Assembly (NCBI GenBank): GCA_016192135.1
Contig: JACPUR010000013.1
Span: 204,277-268,276, forward strand
Direction of reading: 5' to 3'
DNA length: 64,000 bases
Source of the DNA: Candidatus Tectimicrobiota bacterium
GTDB taxonomy: Bacteria > UBA8248
A program made the translations under genes and the position numbers. The notes under the pieces are model-generated. The model had not been told where the DNA came from, searched no databases, and saw only the letters and a list, made by a program, of their open reading frames with translations. Each line of letters opens with the position of its first letter. Position 1 is the stretch's first letter. This document shows positions 28,935 to 38,562 of this stretch, piece after piece.

Positions 28935-30119
28935 CTACAGGCCCGCGGCCACCTTGAGCCGTTTGATGTAGTTTCCGCCGTCGAGATGCTTGATGGAAAA
29001 CGAGTCCCGCAGGAGCTTCTCGAAAGGGGCTTCCTTCATCACGCCCATGCCGCCCGCCAGCTCCGCAGCCTTGTGGGCGATTTCAAAGGAATGGTTGGTG
29101 CAGAAGCACATCACGGCGGGCACGCGCTTGGGATCCGGCGTCCCATGATCCGTGGACCATGCCACGTTCCACACGAGGGACCGCATCGCCTGGAGCGAGG
29201 CGTACATGTCGGCGAGCTCGCAGGCGATGGCCTGATGCTCGATGATGGGCTTGCCGCCCTGGACGCGGTTCTTGCAGAATTCGACGATTTCCTCGAAGGC
29301 CGCCCGGGCGACTCCAATGGACCGTGCGGCGTTCAGGATGCCGTCGTTCGCCAGCGACGCGCGGATGGAGACGATCCCGCGGCCTTCCGGCCCCAGCATC
29401 CATTCCTTGGGGACGCGGCAGTTTTCGAAGATGATCTCGGCGTTCCTCAGGAGCCGGAAACCCATCTTGTCGTGCACCCGGCCGTATCTCATCCCAGGAT
29501 GGCCGTCCGGGATGAGGAAGCAGGTGCAACCGTCCAGCATGCCTTTGCTCGGGTCCGTCCTCGTGAAGACATAGTAGAGCTTGGCGATTCCGCCATGTCC
29601 GATGAACTGCTTCATCCCGTTGATCACGAAATGATCGCCATCCTTCACGGCCGTCGTCCGCACCCCCGCGCCGGGGGCGTTGTAGGGAAGGATGTTGTCG
29701 CCTCCGGAATCCGGTTCGGTCATCCCGACCGCCACGAGAAAGGTGGGGTCCGCGCAGAAATCCCTGAGCCACTTGTCGCGCACGTCCTCGGTCGTCACGC
29801 GGCGGTCGCTCAGCATGTGATAGAGCTTGCGGCCGTTGATCGGCAGGCTGCCGAGCGACACATCGCCCACGCCTAGCTCTTCGCACACGATAACCACCGT
29901 CACGGTGTCTTCGACGCCCCCGCCGCCGTACTGCTCCGGAACCGCGAGAGTCCGAAAGCCCAACTCGGAGCACCGCTTGATGAGATCCATGCTCACGCAG
30001 TCATCGGGCGTCTGGCCCTTATCGAGCTCCTTGACGAGGGGTTTCGCCTCGTTCTTGACGAAGTCTCGTGCCAGTTTTTGCAGCGCGACCTGCTCTTCGG
30101 ATAATGCAAAATCGACCAT
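28935..30119 (-). CDS. Acyl-CoA dehydrogenase family protein
   Basis: MTEPDSGGD, FVINGMKQFI, HDKMGFR, RVQGGKPIIEHQ, GGMGVMKEAPFEKLLRD. Confidence 0.93.
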   Translation of the reverse strand: MVDFALSEEQVALQKLARDFVKNEAKPLVKELDKGQTPDDCVSMDLIKRCSELGFRTLAVPEQYGGGGVEDTVTVVIVCEELGVGDVSLGSLPINGRKLYHMLSDRRVTTEDVRDKWLRDFCADPTFLVAVGMTEPDSGGDNILPYNAPGAGVRTTAVKDGDHFVINGMKQFIGHGGIAKLYYVFTRTDPSKGMLDGCTCFLIPDGHPGMRYGRVHDKMGFRLLRNAEIIFENCRVPKEWMLGPEGRGIVSIRASLANDGILNAARSIGVARAAFEEIVEFCKNRVQGGKPIIEHQAIACELADMYASLQAMRSLVWNVAWSTDHGTPDPKRVPAVMCFCTNHSFEIAHKAAELAGGMGVMKEAPFEKLLRDSFSIKHLDGGNYIKRLKVAAGL

Positions 30120-30142
30120 GGAACCATTTCCTCCCGGAACGA

Positions 30143-32182
30143 TCAGCGGTATTGCAACGGGACGGTTGAGGGCTCCGCATCGCGGAGGATGCGCAAACGG
30201 CTTCTGCGCATAAATTGCATGGCCAATGCGGCGGCCGCCATGCCGAAGCCGGCCATGTCGGTATAGAAGCCGGGGAAGATCAGCAAGAAAGACGCCGCCA
30301 AGAACAAGAGCCTATCGGCGGTGTTCGTCTTGACCACCAAGTATCCTTGGACCCCCGCGGCGAGGAACGCCGTTCCGACGCAGGCGGTGGCCGCCGCCAT
30401 GAATATCTGCCATGGGGTCCCGACCATCAGAAGAGACGGCGCATATACGAACATGTACGGGACGATGAAGGCGGCGATGCCAATCCGCATTCCGGTGAAG
30501 GCGACGCTTATCGGATTGGCCTTAGCGATTCCGGCCGCTGCGTAAGCCGCCAAGGCAACGGGAGGAGTCGTCCCCGACACGATAGAGAAGTGGAACGCGA
30601 ACATGTGAGCGGCGAGGGGCGGCACACCCATGTTGATGAGGGCCGGCGCCGCCACGGCTGCCGTGACAATGTATGCCGCCGTCGCCGGAAGGCCCATGCC
30701 GAGGATAATGCAGATGATCATCGTCAGGACGAGGGCCGGGAACAAATGGCCCCCCGAAAGATCCATGAGCAGGGCCGCGAACTTGAGGCCGATTCCCGTA
30801 AGCGAGATGATGCCAACGATGATTCCCGCCGTTGCGCAGGAGACGGCGACTTCCATCATCCCTTTCGGGCCTTCTTCAAGGGCCCGCATCATTCCCGGCA
30901 CGCCCATCGCGCTGCGCCGGTCCACGAAGTAGCCGGCCCCCGCCTTGAGCATGGAAAGCGGGCTGAAGGCGGAAAAGCCTCCTCGGCGGACATAATCTGC
31001 CGCCGACTTCACCCACACAATCCCGACGGCCGCGGACAGCGACAGAAGAGATGCGCGTATGGGACTCGAAAATTCCACGACCAGCGAATAGATCAGCACC
31101 CCGAGAGGAAGAAGGAGATAACCGCCCGTCATCAGGACTTTGCGGATACTCGGAAGCTCTTCCTTCGAGAGGCCCCGAAGCCCTTCCTTCGCCGCCTCGA
31201 AATCCACCATCCAGAAGAGAGCTGCATAATAGATGAGCGCCGGAATCGCGGCGGCCAGCACCACGTCGTAATAGGGGATGTTCAGCAGCTCGGCCATGAT
31301 GAAGGCCGCGGAACCCATGATCGGGGGCGTAATCATCCCTCCGCTCGATGCGATGGATTCCACTGCCCCGGCGAAGTGAGGTTTGTAGCCCGTTTTCTTC
31401 ATCAGCGGGATCGTCAGCGTTCCCGTGGTGACCACGTTGGCGATCCCGCTCCCCGAGATGGTCCCGAACAGCGCGCTGGAGAAAATGGCGACCTTGGCGG
31501 GCCCTCCGCGCGTGCGCCCGGCGATGGCAAAGGCCACGTCCATGAAGACGGAGCTGACGCCCGTGGCGCGGAGAAAACCCCCAAATAGGACAAAAAGGAA
31601 GGCGTAGGCGGCCGAGGCGTGCAGGGGAACCCCGAGAAGGCCGCTGTCGCTGAGGAGGTAGCCGAAGATGCGGCTGAGGCTTTTTTCTCCGTGCTTGAGC
31701 ATCCCCGGGAAATAGGGGCCGTAATAGGCATAAATCAGCGCGACCAGCGCAATGAGCACCAGCGGCAGACCCACCAGTCTCCGCGTCGCTTCAAGGACAA
31801 GAACCACAAGGGTGATGCCGGTTGCGACCATCCATATATCGGGGGCCGAAGCCGCGCTGAATTGGATGTCCTCCGCATGCAGGATGACGTAATACACCCC
31901 AAGGGCCCCAAGAGCGATCGCGGCCCAGTCAAGGCTTGAAAGCCGGCGGTCGGGGCTATTGGCCCTGCCTTTCAAGAGGGCAAAGACGAGAACCAGCGGG
32001 ATCAGCAGATGCACCGAGCGGAGAATGAGCGGGTCGAGGGGATAGAATCCAAGCCCGACGATATGGAATATGGAGATGGCGACGCCGAACGCGAAGAGGC
32101 CCGCGGCTACCGCGCCGCCGACCCTCCGCGTGGCTCTTCCACCGCCGTCCTCCTGCCCCTCGGGTCCAGCTTGCTCAACCAT
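30143..32182 (-). CDS. TRAP transporter fused 4TM/12TM permease (TAXI-associated)
   Basis: RGGPAKVAIFSSALFGTISGSGIANV, ESIASSGGMITPPIMGSAAFIMAE, TPPVALAAYAAAGIA. Confidence 0.93.
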   Translation of the reverse strand: MVEQAGPEGQEDGGGRATRRVGGAVAAGLFAFGVAISIFHIVGLGFYPLDPLILRSVHLLIPLVLVFALLKGRANSPDRRLSSLDWAAIALGALGVYYVILHAEDIQFSAASAPDIWMVATGITLVVLVLEATRRLVGLPLVLIALVALIYAYYGPYFPGMLKHGEKSLSRIFGYLLSDSGLLGVPLHASAAYAFLFVLFGGFLRATGVSSVFMDVAFAIAGRTRGGPAKVAIFSSALFGTISGSGIANVVTTGTLTIPLMKKTGYKPHFAGAVESIASSGGMITPPIMGSAAFIMAELLNIPYYDVVLAAAIPALIYYAALFWMVDFEAAKEGLRGLSKEELPSIRKVLMTGGYLLLPLGVLIYSLVVEFSSPIRASLLSLSAAVGIVWVKSAADYVRRGGFSAFSPLSMLKAGAGYFVDRRSAMGVPGMMRALEEGPKGMMEVAVSCATAGIIVGIISLTGIGLKFAALLMDLSGGHLFPALVLTMIICIILGMGLPATAAYIVTAAVAAPALINMGVPPLAAHMFAFHFSIVSGTTPPVALAAYAAAGIAKANPISVAFTGMRIGIAAFIVPYMFVYAPSLLMVGTPWQIFMAAATACVGTAFLAAGVQGYLVVKTNTADRLLFLAASFLLIFPGFYTDMAGFGMAAAALAMQFMRRSRLRILRDAEPSTVPLQYR

Positions 32183-32242
32183 CAGATCGGTCTCCGGCGC
32201 GGCACGTGAGGCCCTTCCTCACTTGCATCTTTTGAGCTCTTG

Positions 32243-33226
32243 TCAATCGATCGGCTTGGGGAGCGGTACGTTTTGCTCCTTGAAATAGCGCGCGGCGCCG
32301 GGATGGAACGGCACGATGTTGGCGAATTTGACGTTCTCCAGGCTGAGCTGGCGGCCGAATTCGCCCATGGTCTTGGCCAGCTCGTCTTTCTTGTCGAACG
32401 TCGTCTTCACCAGACGGTAGGCGACATCGGCGTCGAGCTTGGGATTGCAGATAAGGGACGCCAGCCAGGCCAGGGATTCTCCATCCTTATCGAGGTACTT
32501 ATAGGCGCCCTTCTTGACCGTCCCGATCGAGTACTGGGGGTTCTTCTTGACGAGCCGCTCCAGGTCCGCGCGGTCGAGATAGAAGTAGTTGACCTTGTGG
32601 GTCAATTCCTGGTTCCTGAGCGCCCCAAAAGGAGAAATCGTGGAGATGAGGCCCACGTCGATCAGGCCATCGGCCATCTGGCCGAGGGCATCCCCCCAGC
32701 TCACGTTCACAATCCGCTTGGGCCTGAGGCCGAATTCCGCGACGATGAGGCGCAGGATGAAGTTGGCGGGCCCGGCGGCCGGGCCGGGCGTGATCACCTT
32801 GCCGTTCAGGTCCGACAGCTTGGTGATCTTCTTGCCCCCCAGGCTCCAGATGTCCGACAAGCCCACATACCAGGGGATGCAGGTATTGGTGTTGGTCATC
32901 TTTTTGCCCTTGGCCCAGGCGAGTCCCTTTTTCCCTTCGTACAAGGTTGTGGTTACTGAAAAGCCGATGTCGGCCGCGCCCGAATCGACGAGCCGGTAGT
33001 TGTCGAGATTTCCCCCCGTGGCCTCCACGTTCACGTTCAAGTCCGGGTTATGCTTCATGATGAAGGCCGCCCAGGCGCTCGACGCCAATTGGAGCGACCC
33101 TCCGACGGAGGCCGATCCCATCGTGATGATCTTCTTTTCCGCCGCCGAGGCCTTGCCCGCGCCCAGACCAGCGGCGAACATGACAGACCCGGCGAAAATG
33201 ACAAGCGATCTCATCCTCATTCCCAT
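32243..33226 (-). CDS. TAXI-family TRAP solute-binding protein
   Basis: Signal peptide; GSASVGGS, VEATGGNLDN, PFHPGAARYFKE. ATG 33226 follows GGGAGG (alternative 33241). Confidence 0.9.
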   Translation of the reverse strand: MGMRMRSLVIFAGSVMFAAGLGAGKASAAEKKIITMGSASVGGSLQLASSAWAAFIMKHNPDLNVNVEATGGNLDNYRLVDSGAADIGFSVTTTLYEGKKGLAWAKGKKMTNTNTCIPWYVGLSDIWSLGGKKITKLSDLNGKVITPGPAAGPANFILRLIVAEFGLRPKRIVNVSWGDALGQMADGLIDVGLISTISPFGALRNQELTHKVNYFYLDRADLERLVKKNPQYSIGTVKKGAYKYLDKDGESLAWLASLICNPKLDADVAYRLVKTTFDKKDELAKTMGEFGRQLSLENVKFANIVPFHPGAARYFKEQNVPLPKPID

Positions 33227-33552
33227 GCCCCTCCCGTTCATGAAGCCAACGTTCCCGCCCCATCAGGGCCGATGAAAAGCGGCGCCGAGCCACGCTTTCC
33301 GTAGAATGCCGACCCGATCAGTCCCTTGGCCGCGGGGGTTTCGGTTTCGTCGCAATAGGGAATTCTTGGCATCGGGCATAACACCTCAGAAGGGGGACAC
33401 GCCGCCTGGGCCTCCGACCCTTCAGGCGCACCCACCTGCGGGAGAGTTGCGAATTTCTGTAGAATCTAAGAAAAATATATCTGTAAATCTGTATTATGAC
33501 AACCGCAATCCCTGCCGCGTGAGAGGGGCGAAGACCGGGGTGAGAATCTAAT

Positions 33553-34536
33553 GTGATTGATTCAATTGGTGTTATCGGTGGAGGCTACGTGGGTCACGGC
33601 GTGGCCCAGATGTTCGCCCAGGCTGGCCTCTCCGTCGTCCTATTCAATCGCACCCGGGCAAGCTCCAGCCGGGCGATGGAAAATATCCGGAAGGGATTGG
33701 ATCTGTTCGTGGCGGCGGATTTCTTGCCTCCCGCCGCAGCCGAGGCCGCCCTCAAGCGCGTCGAGCCGACGACCGATTTCTCCGCCGCTGTCCTCGCATC
33801 CGATTTCATCGTCGAAGCCGTCGCGGATGAACTGCCTCTCAAGCAGAAACTATTCAAAGAAATGGACGCCCTGGCGCCCCCTCACATCATCCTAGCCAGC
33901 GAGACATCGGGGCTCCACATCACGGATATCGCGCGAGATACCGTTCATCCGGAACGCTGCATCACGGCGCACAACTACACTCCCCCTCCCCTGATGCCGG
34001 TGGTCGAAGTGGTGCCGGGAGAGAAGACCTCGGCCGAGACGGTTCAGCTCACCTGCGCTCTTCTTCGGCGAATCGGGAAAGATACGGTCATCTGCAAGGA
34101 GGTTTCCGGTCATATCGGATCGAGATTCACCAATGCCCTCCGCCGGGAAGCCTTCCATCTCATCGAACAAGGACTCGCCACGCCGGAAGCAATCGATACC
34201 GTGATGCGGTCGGTGGGGCGCCTGTTCCCCGTCATGGGAATATTGCTGCTCACGGATTTTTCAGGGGTCGACATGGCCCGGAACAGCCAGCGGAACATCC
34301 TTCCGCGCCTGAGCCACGATTCCAAGCCGTCCGCGCTGATAGAGAAGATGACGGAAGCGGGAAAGCTGGGGATCAAGTCGGGAGAGGGATTCTACCAGTG
34401 GAATCCCGAGCGCATTCAGGAAATCGTGGAGGCCAGGGGACGGGAGCTTATCCGGTGGATGCGGGCGGCCCCTCTCCCCCCTCTGCCGCCACGCGCCGGT
34501 TTCCAAACGTCATCGACCACACGAAACGAGAGGTAA
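33553..34536 (+). CDS. 3-hydroxyacyl-CoA dehydrogenase family protein
   Basis: GVIGGGYVGHGVA Rossmann motif, EAVADELPLKQKLF, His-Glu pair in HNYTPPPLMPVVEVV, GKLGIKSGEGFY. Confidence 0.9.
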   Translation: MIDSIGVIGGGYVGHGVAQMFAQAGLSVVLFNRTRASSSRAMENIRKGLDLFVAADFLPPAAAEAALKRVEPTTDFSAAVLASDFIVEAVADELPLKQKLFKEMDALAPPHIILASETSGLHITDIARDTVHPERCITAHNYTPPPLMPVVEVVPGEKTSAETVQLTCALLRRIGKDTVICKEVSGHIGSRFTNALRREAFHLIEQGLATPEAIDTVMRSVGRLFPVMGILLLTDFSGVDMARNSQRNILPRLSHDSKPSALIEKMTEAGKLGIKSGEGFYQWNPERIQEIVEARGRELIRWMRAAPLPPLPPRAGFQTSSTTRNER

Positions 34537-34540
34537 GCCC

Positions 34541-35545
34541 ATGAGCGGCCGGCGCGAGCGGAAGGGGAGCATCCAACGGGGGGATCATTTCATCGAGGCT
34601 TGCACGCCGGGCCTCCGCCTTCACCTGCTCGAGAAGAGCCCGAAGCCCAGTGGTACCCGGACTGGCCGTCCCGCCCTGCTCATGGTCCATGGCCAGAGCC
34701 TGCCCTCGCCGGTGTGCTTCGACTTCCCCGTCCCCGGCTATTCGTGGATGGACCACATCGCCGCCCGGGGCTACGACGCGTTCGCCCTCACGCTCCGGGG
34801 CTACGGCTTGTCCAGCCGGCCCCTCGAGATGGCGCACGATCCCGCGTCCGCGCCTCCCGCCGTCCGGGCGGAGACGGCTTTGCGCGATGTCGAGGCGGCC
34901 GTCCGCTTCATCCGGGAGAAGCGAGACGGGAAATCCCTCAGCCTCCTGGGCTGGGCCCAGGGCACCATGCTGGCGGCCGCCTTCGCCGCGGCCCATCCCG
35001 CGCAAGTGGATAAGATCGTCCTCTTCTCGCCTCTCTACCTCAACGACCCCTCGGCCGCATCCTTGTTCGAGGATCCGGAGCGGCCCGGCCAGCTCAAACC
35101 GGAGTTCCGCGGGGCATGGCGCTGGGTGAACGAGGAAGGCCAGCAGCGGAACTGGAGCCGGCTGTTCCCGCGCGGAAAGAGCCGACTCTGGCGGGAAGCG
35201 CGCGCCGCGCGGGCCTATTGGGATGAACAATTGAAATACGACCGCACGGGGATGCGGCGCCGGCCCCCCGGCGTCCGAATCCCGAACGGCCTCATGGCGG
35301 ACCACTTCGACCGCACGCGCGGGCGGTCGATCTATGATCCCGCCAAGGTGAAATGCCCGGTTCTCCTGATCCGGGGAGAGCACGACCTCGTCTCCGAGGA
35401 CAAGGAGGCCCAGAGGCTTTTCCGGGCCCTCACCCGGACGTCCGGGAAGCGGTACGCAATCATCGGGGACGCGACGCACTTCGTTCAGTTCGAGAAGCGG
35501 AGGAATGAACTCTTCTCCGAAGTGCATGGTTTTCTGGAAGCCTGA
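34541..35545 (+). CDS. Alpha/beta-hydrolase fold protein with Ala at the nucleophile position (GWAQG)
   Basis: LMVHG, GYDAFALTLRGYGLS, LLGWAQG, PVLLIRGEHD, DATHF. Confidence 0.87.
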   Translation: MSGRRERKGSIQRGDHFIEACTPGLRLHLLEKSPKPSGTRTGRPALLMVHGQSLPSPVCFDFPVPGYSWMDHIAARGYDAFALTLRGYGLSSRPLEMAHDPASAPPAVRAETALRDVEAAVRFIREKRDGKSLSLLGWAQGTMLAAAFAAAHPAQVDKIVLFSPLYLNDPSAASLFEDPERPGQLKPEFRGAWRWVNEEGQQRNWSRLFPRGKSRLWREARAARAYWDEQLKYDRTGMRRRPPGVRIPNGLMADHFDRTRGRSIYDPAKVKCPVLLIRGEHDLVSEDKEAQRLFRALTRTSGKRYAIIGDATHFVQFEKRRNELFSEVHGFLEA

Positions 35546-35575
35546 CCGGAATTTCGCAGGACCCGGGAGGAAGCG

Positions 35576-36550
35576 ATGAAGGCGATGCGCGTCCACGAAT
35601 TTGGCCTTGAGCATCCGATGCGGCTGGACGAAGTGGAGGATCCTCGACCTCAGGAAAACGAGATTCTCGTGCGAAGCCTCGCCGCCGGGGCGCATCCGGT
35701 CGATGTCGTCATCCGCGCCGCGAAGCATCCCTTCCACAAAAATTTCACGCTCCCCTATATCCCCGGCCCCGAAGCGGCCGGGGACGTCATCGCGGTAGGC
35801 GCCGGCGTGAAGAACTTCCGCGTGGGCCAGCGGGTCTGCGGCCGCTGCACCGGCGGCTCATACGCCGAGAAAGTCCGCATGAGCATTTCGTGGGCGACGG
35901 AGCTGCCGGAGAGCTACAGTTACGCCGAGGGCGCGGGCATTGTGGTCCAGTTCGCCACGGCCTGGAACGCCCTTGTCATCCAGGCCCAAGCGGGCCCCGG
36001 CGAGACGGTGCTCATCCACGGGGGCGCGGGCGGAGTCGGTATGGCGGCGCTCCAGCTCGCCAAGACCATGGGTTGCCGGGTGATCGCCACGGCCGGAACC
36101 CGGAAGAAATGCGGCCTGTGCGTGGACCTGGGGGCGGATCGGGCCATCAATTACCGCGAGGAGAATTTCGCGGAAGGCGCCCTCAAGCTGACGGAAGGGC
36201 GGGGAGTCGACGTCGTCGTCGATTGTGCCGCCGACGCGAATCTGATGAACGACGTGGACGCGATCCGCCCGGGCGGGCGGATCGTCGTGCTCGGCACGGC
36301 CAAGGCACTGGACGAAAAGGCCGCCTTCGGGGTCCAGCGGGCGCTGGTCAAGGACGCCCGGATTCTCTGCATGTCGATGCCGAATCTGACGCCCCACCTG
36401 CCCGGCCTGATGCGGCGCCTTTCCTCTCTTGTTTCGGAAATTCATTTCAAGATCCCCATCTACCGGGAGATGAAACTCGCGGAGGCCAACGCGGCGCATG
36501 AAATCCTCTGGAGCGGCGAGCATCATGGAAAAATTGTTCTTGCCCCTTAG
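35576..36550 (+). CDS. NADPH:quinone reductase / zinc-independent MDR family oxidoreductase
   Basis: MKAMRVHEFG, PYIPGPEAAG, VLIHGGAGGVG, TEGRGVDVVVD, HHGKIVL. Confidence 0.9.
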   Translation: MKAMRVHEFGLEHPMRLDEVEDPRPQENEILVRSLAAGAHPVDVVIRAAKHPFHKNFTLPYIPGPEAAGDVIAVGAGVKNFRVGQRVCGRCTGGSYAEKVRMSISWATELPESYSYAEGAGIVVQFATAWNALVIQAQAGPGETVLIHGGAGGVGMAALQLAKTMGCRVIATAGTRKKCGLCVDLGADRAINYREENFAEGALKLTEGRGVDVVVDCAADANLMNDVDAIRPGGRIVVLGTAKALDEKAAFGVQRALVKDARILCMSMPNLTPHLPGLMRRLSSLVSEIHFKIPIYREMKLAEANAAHEILWSGEHHGKIVLAP

Positions 36551-36884
36551 CCCGCCGCCGTTCATGGGAGTTCTTTGAAGGGCCGCTCTCGCGTCATCCC
36601 GGGCGATGCATCCTAAACGCGCGTACTCATGCTCCATCGCATTGTGCTGCCCCCGCAAATCCTCCGAAGAAATACGCTCCATGCTCCAAGGCAAAGGCGG
36701 CCGACACGGCGACAAGGCCATCACACGCCCAAATAGCTCCCGCGCAGGGCAGGCATGGAATCCGAATAGGGAAAACGGGGGATTGCTGGGGAATAGGCTT
36801 CTCGCGTCGATTCCATCACGACTCGGGGGCGCTCTGCGATGAACGGTCTGGACCGTTGAGCTGCCTCTCCCGCCGGCCGCCTGG

Positions 36885-37766
36885 TCAGGCTATCGGTTCT
36901 CCCTCGGTCCGCTCCAGTTCGAGAATCTCCCGCCGCAGTTGCGCGGTGACGGGCCCCGGCGCGGGGATGGGACGCCCGTCCACCTCGGCCACCGCATGGA
37001 CCCGGCTGAACGAAGAGGTGAGGAAGGCTTCGTCCGCCGTGTAGAGGTCGTAGAGCGTGAGGTCCGTCTCCTGGGCGGGGATGCCCGCCCGGGAGGCGAT
37101 TCCGAGCACCGTCCGCCGCGTGATGCCATCCAATGCCTGATGGGCCCGCGGGGTTTTCAGCACCCCCTCCTTCACGATGAAGATATTCTCCCCCGCCGCC
37201 TCCGCCACGAAGCCCCTGAGATCCAGCAGCACGGCCTCGTCGCACCCCGCCTCGATGGCCTCGATGCGGGCGAGGACGTGGTTGAGGTAGTTCAGGGACT
37301 TCACGCGGGGCTCGAGACATTCGGGCGGCGTCTTGCGCACCCCCGCCGTCTTGAGCCGCAGGCCCCCGCCCTTGGCCTTATAGGTGGACGCCGTGGCGGC
37401 GGGAGGGCTCGGCTCGTGGAGGAGGACGGCCAGGGTGGGCACGGGCGCAGTGCGGGGGTCGAGCAGGGGATACCCCTCCCCCCGGGAGACGATGACGCGG
37501 ATGTAGACGTCCGCCGCCTCCGAGCGCCGGATCGCCTCCTTCACGATCTGGGCGATGCGCTCCTTCGTCTCGGGGAGCGCGAGCCGGAGCGCCCGGGCCG
37601 AGCGCTCGAGGCGGTCCAGGTGCTCCCTGAGCCTGAAGATGCGGCCTCCGCTGGCGGTCAGGCTCTCGAAGATGCCGTCGCCGTAGAGGAAGCCGTGGTC
37701 GAAGGCCGAGACCTTCGCTTCCTTGGCCTCGATGAACTCCCCGTTCACGTAGCAGATGAGGGGCAT
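36885..37766 (-). CDS. PLP fold-type IV aminotransferase (branched-chain/D-amino acid aminotransferase-like)
   Basis: VSAFDHGFLYGDGIFE, HLDRL, VKSLNYLN (PLP Lys), EAAGENIF, LDGITRR, ADEAFLT. ATG 37766. Confidence 0.92.
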   Translation of the reverse strand: MPLICYVNGEFIEAKEAKVSAFDHGFLYGDGIFESLTASGGRIFRLREHLDRLERSARALRLALPETKERIAQIVKEAIRRSEAADVYIRVIVSRGEGYPLLDPRTAPVPTLAVLLHEPSPPAATASTYKAKGGGLRLKTAGVRKTPPECLEPRVKSLNYLNHVLARIEAIEAGCDEAVLLDLRGFVAEAAGENIFIVKEGVLKTPRAHQALDGITRRTVLGIASRAGIPAQETDLTLYDLYTADEAFLTSSFSRVHAVAEVDGRPIPAPGPVTAQLRREILELERTEGEPIA

Positions 37767-37773
37767 GGCAGAT

Positions 37774-38529
37774 CTACATGGCGCACCAGCCGTCGTCCAC
37801 GACGAGGTCGTGGCCATGAACGGCGCTGGCGTCGTCGGAGGCCAGGAAGACGGCGGCTCCCGCCATCTCGGCGGTTGAGATATAGGCGCGCCCCGTCGGG
37901 GTGTAGCTGGCCATGAGCTTCACGAACTCCGGGTCGTCCTGGAGGTGCCGGTTGAGGGGGGTGGCCGTGTTCCCGGGGGAAATAGAGTTCACGTTGATGC
38001 CGAACTTCGCGATCTCGGCCGCGAGGGCCCGGGTGAGCATATGGACGCCTCCCTTGCTGGCGCAGTAGGGCAGTGCGTTCGGGAAAGCGTGGGTGCCCGC
38101 GATGGAGGAGATGAAGATGATCTTCCCGGACCTGTGCTTCTTCATGCGAGGCACCACCGCCTGAGCGAGCAGGAAGTTGCCCTTCAGGTTCACGGAGAGG
38201 GTGAGGTCCCAATCCTTCTCCGAGTAATCCTCCATCGGCTTGTTGATCATGACGCCCGCGTTACCCACCACAATATCCACCGGGCCCAGGTCCTTGGTCA
38301 CCTTCTGGACGAGGTCCCGGACGTGGGCCTTCTTGGAGACGTCGCAGCGGTAGGCGCGCGCCCGGCCTCCATCCTCCGCGATGGACTTGGCCACCGCCTG
38401 GCCGCGCTTGGGATTGCGGGCGTTCACCACGGCCACCTTGGCCCCCTCCTTGGCGAAGCGACGGCAGATGGCCTCCCCGATGCCCTGCGAGCCTCCGGTC
38501 ACGATGGCCACCTTGTCCTTGAGCTTCAT
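37774..38529 (-). CDS. Short-chain dehydrogenase/reductase
   Basis: TGGSQGIG, NAG, SS, YCASK, NSISPG. Confidence 0.93.
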   Translation of the reverse strand: MKLKDKVAIVTGGSQGIGEAICRRFAKEGAKVAVVNARNPKRGQAVAKSIAEDGGRARAYRCDVSKKAHVRDLVQKVTKDLGPVDIVVGNAGVMINKPMEDYSEKDWDLTLSVNLKGNFLLAQAVVPRMKKHRSGKIIFISSIAGTHAFPNALPYCASKGGVHMLTRALAAEIAKFGINVNSISPGNTATPLNRHLQDDPEFVKLMASYTPTGRAYISTAEMAGAAVFLASDDASAVHGHDLVVDDGWCAM

Positions 38530-38562
38530 GGCGCGGCTCCCCTCATATCGCGTTTTCCGGCT

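Noticed and set aside
36551..36884. 330-bp gap between convergent genes as a possible small gene or sRNA
   Set aside because: No convincing RBS-ORF, terminator or stable structure seen.
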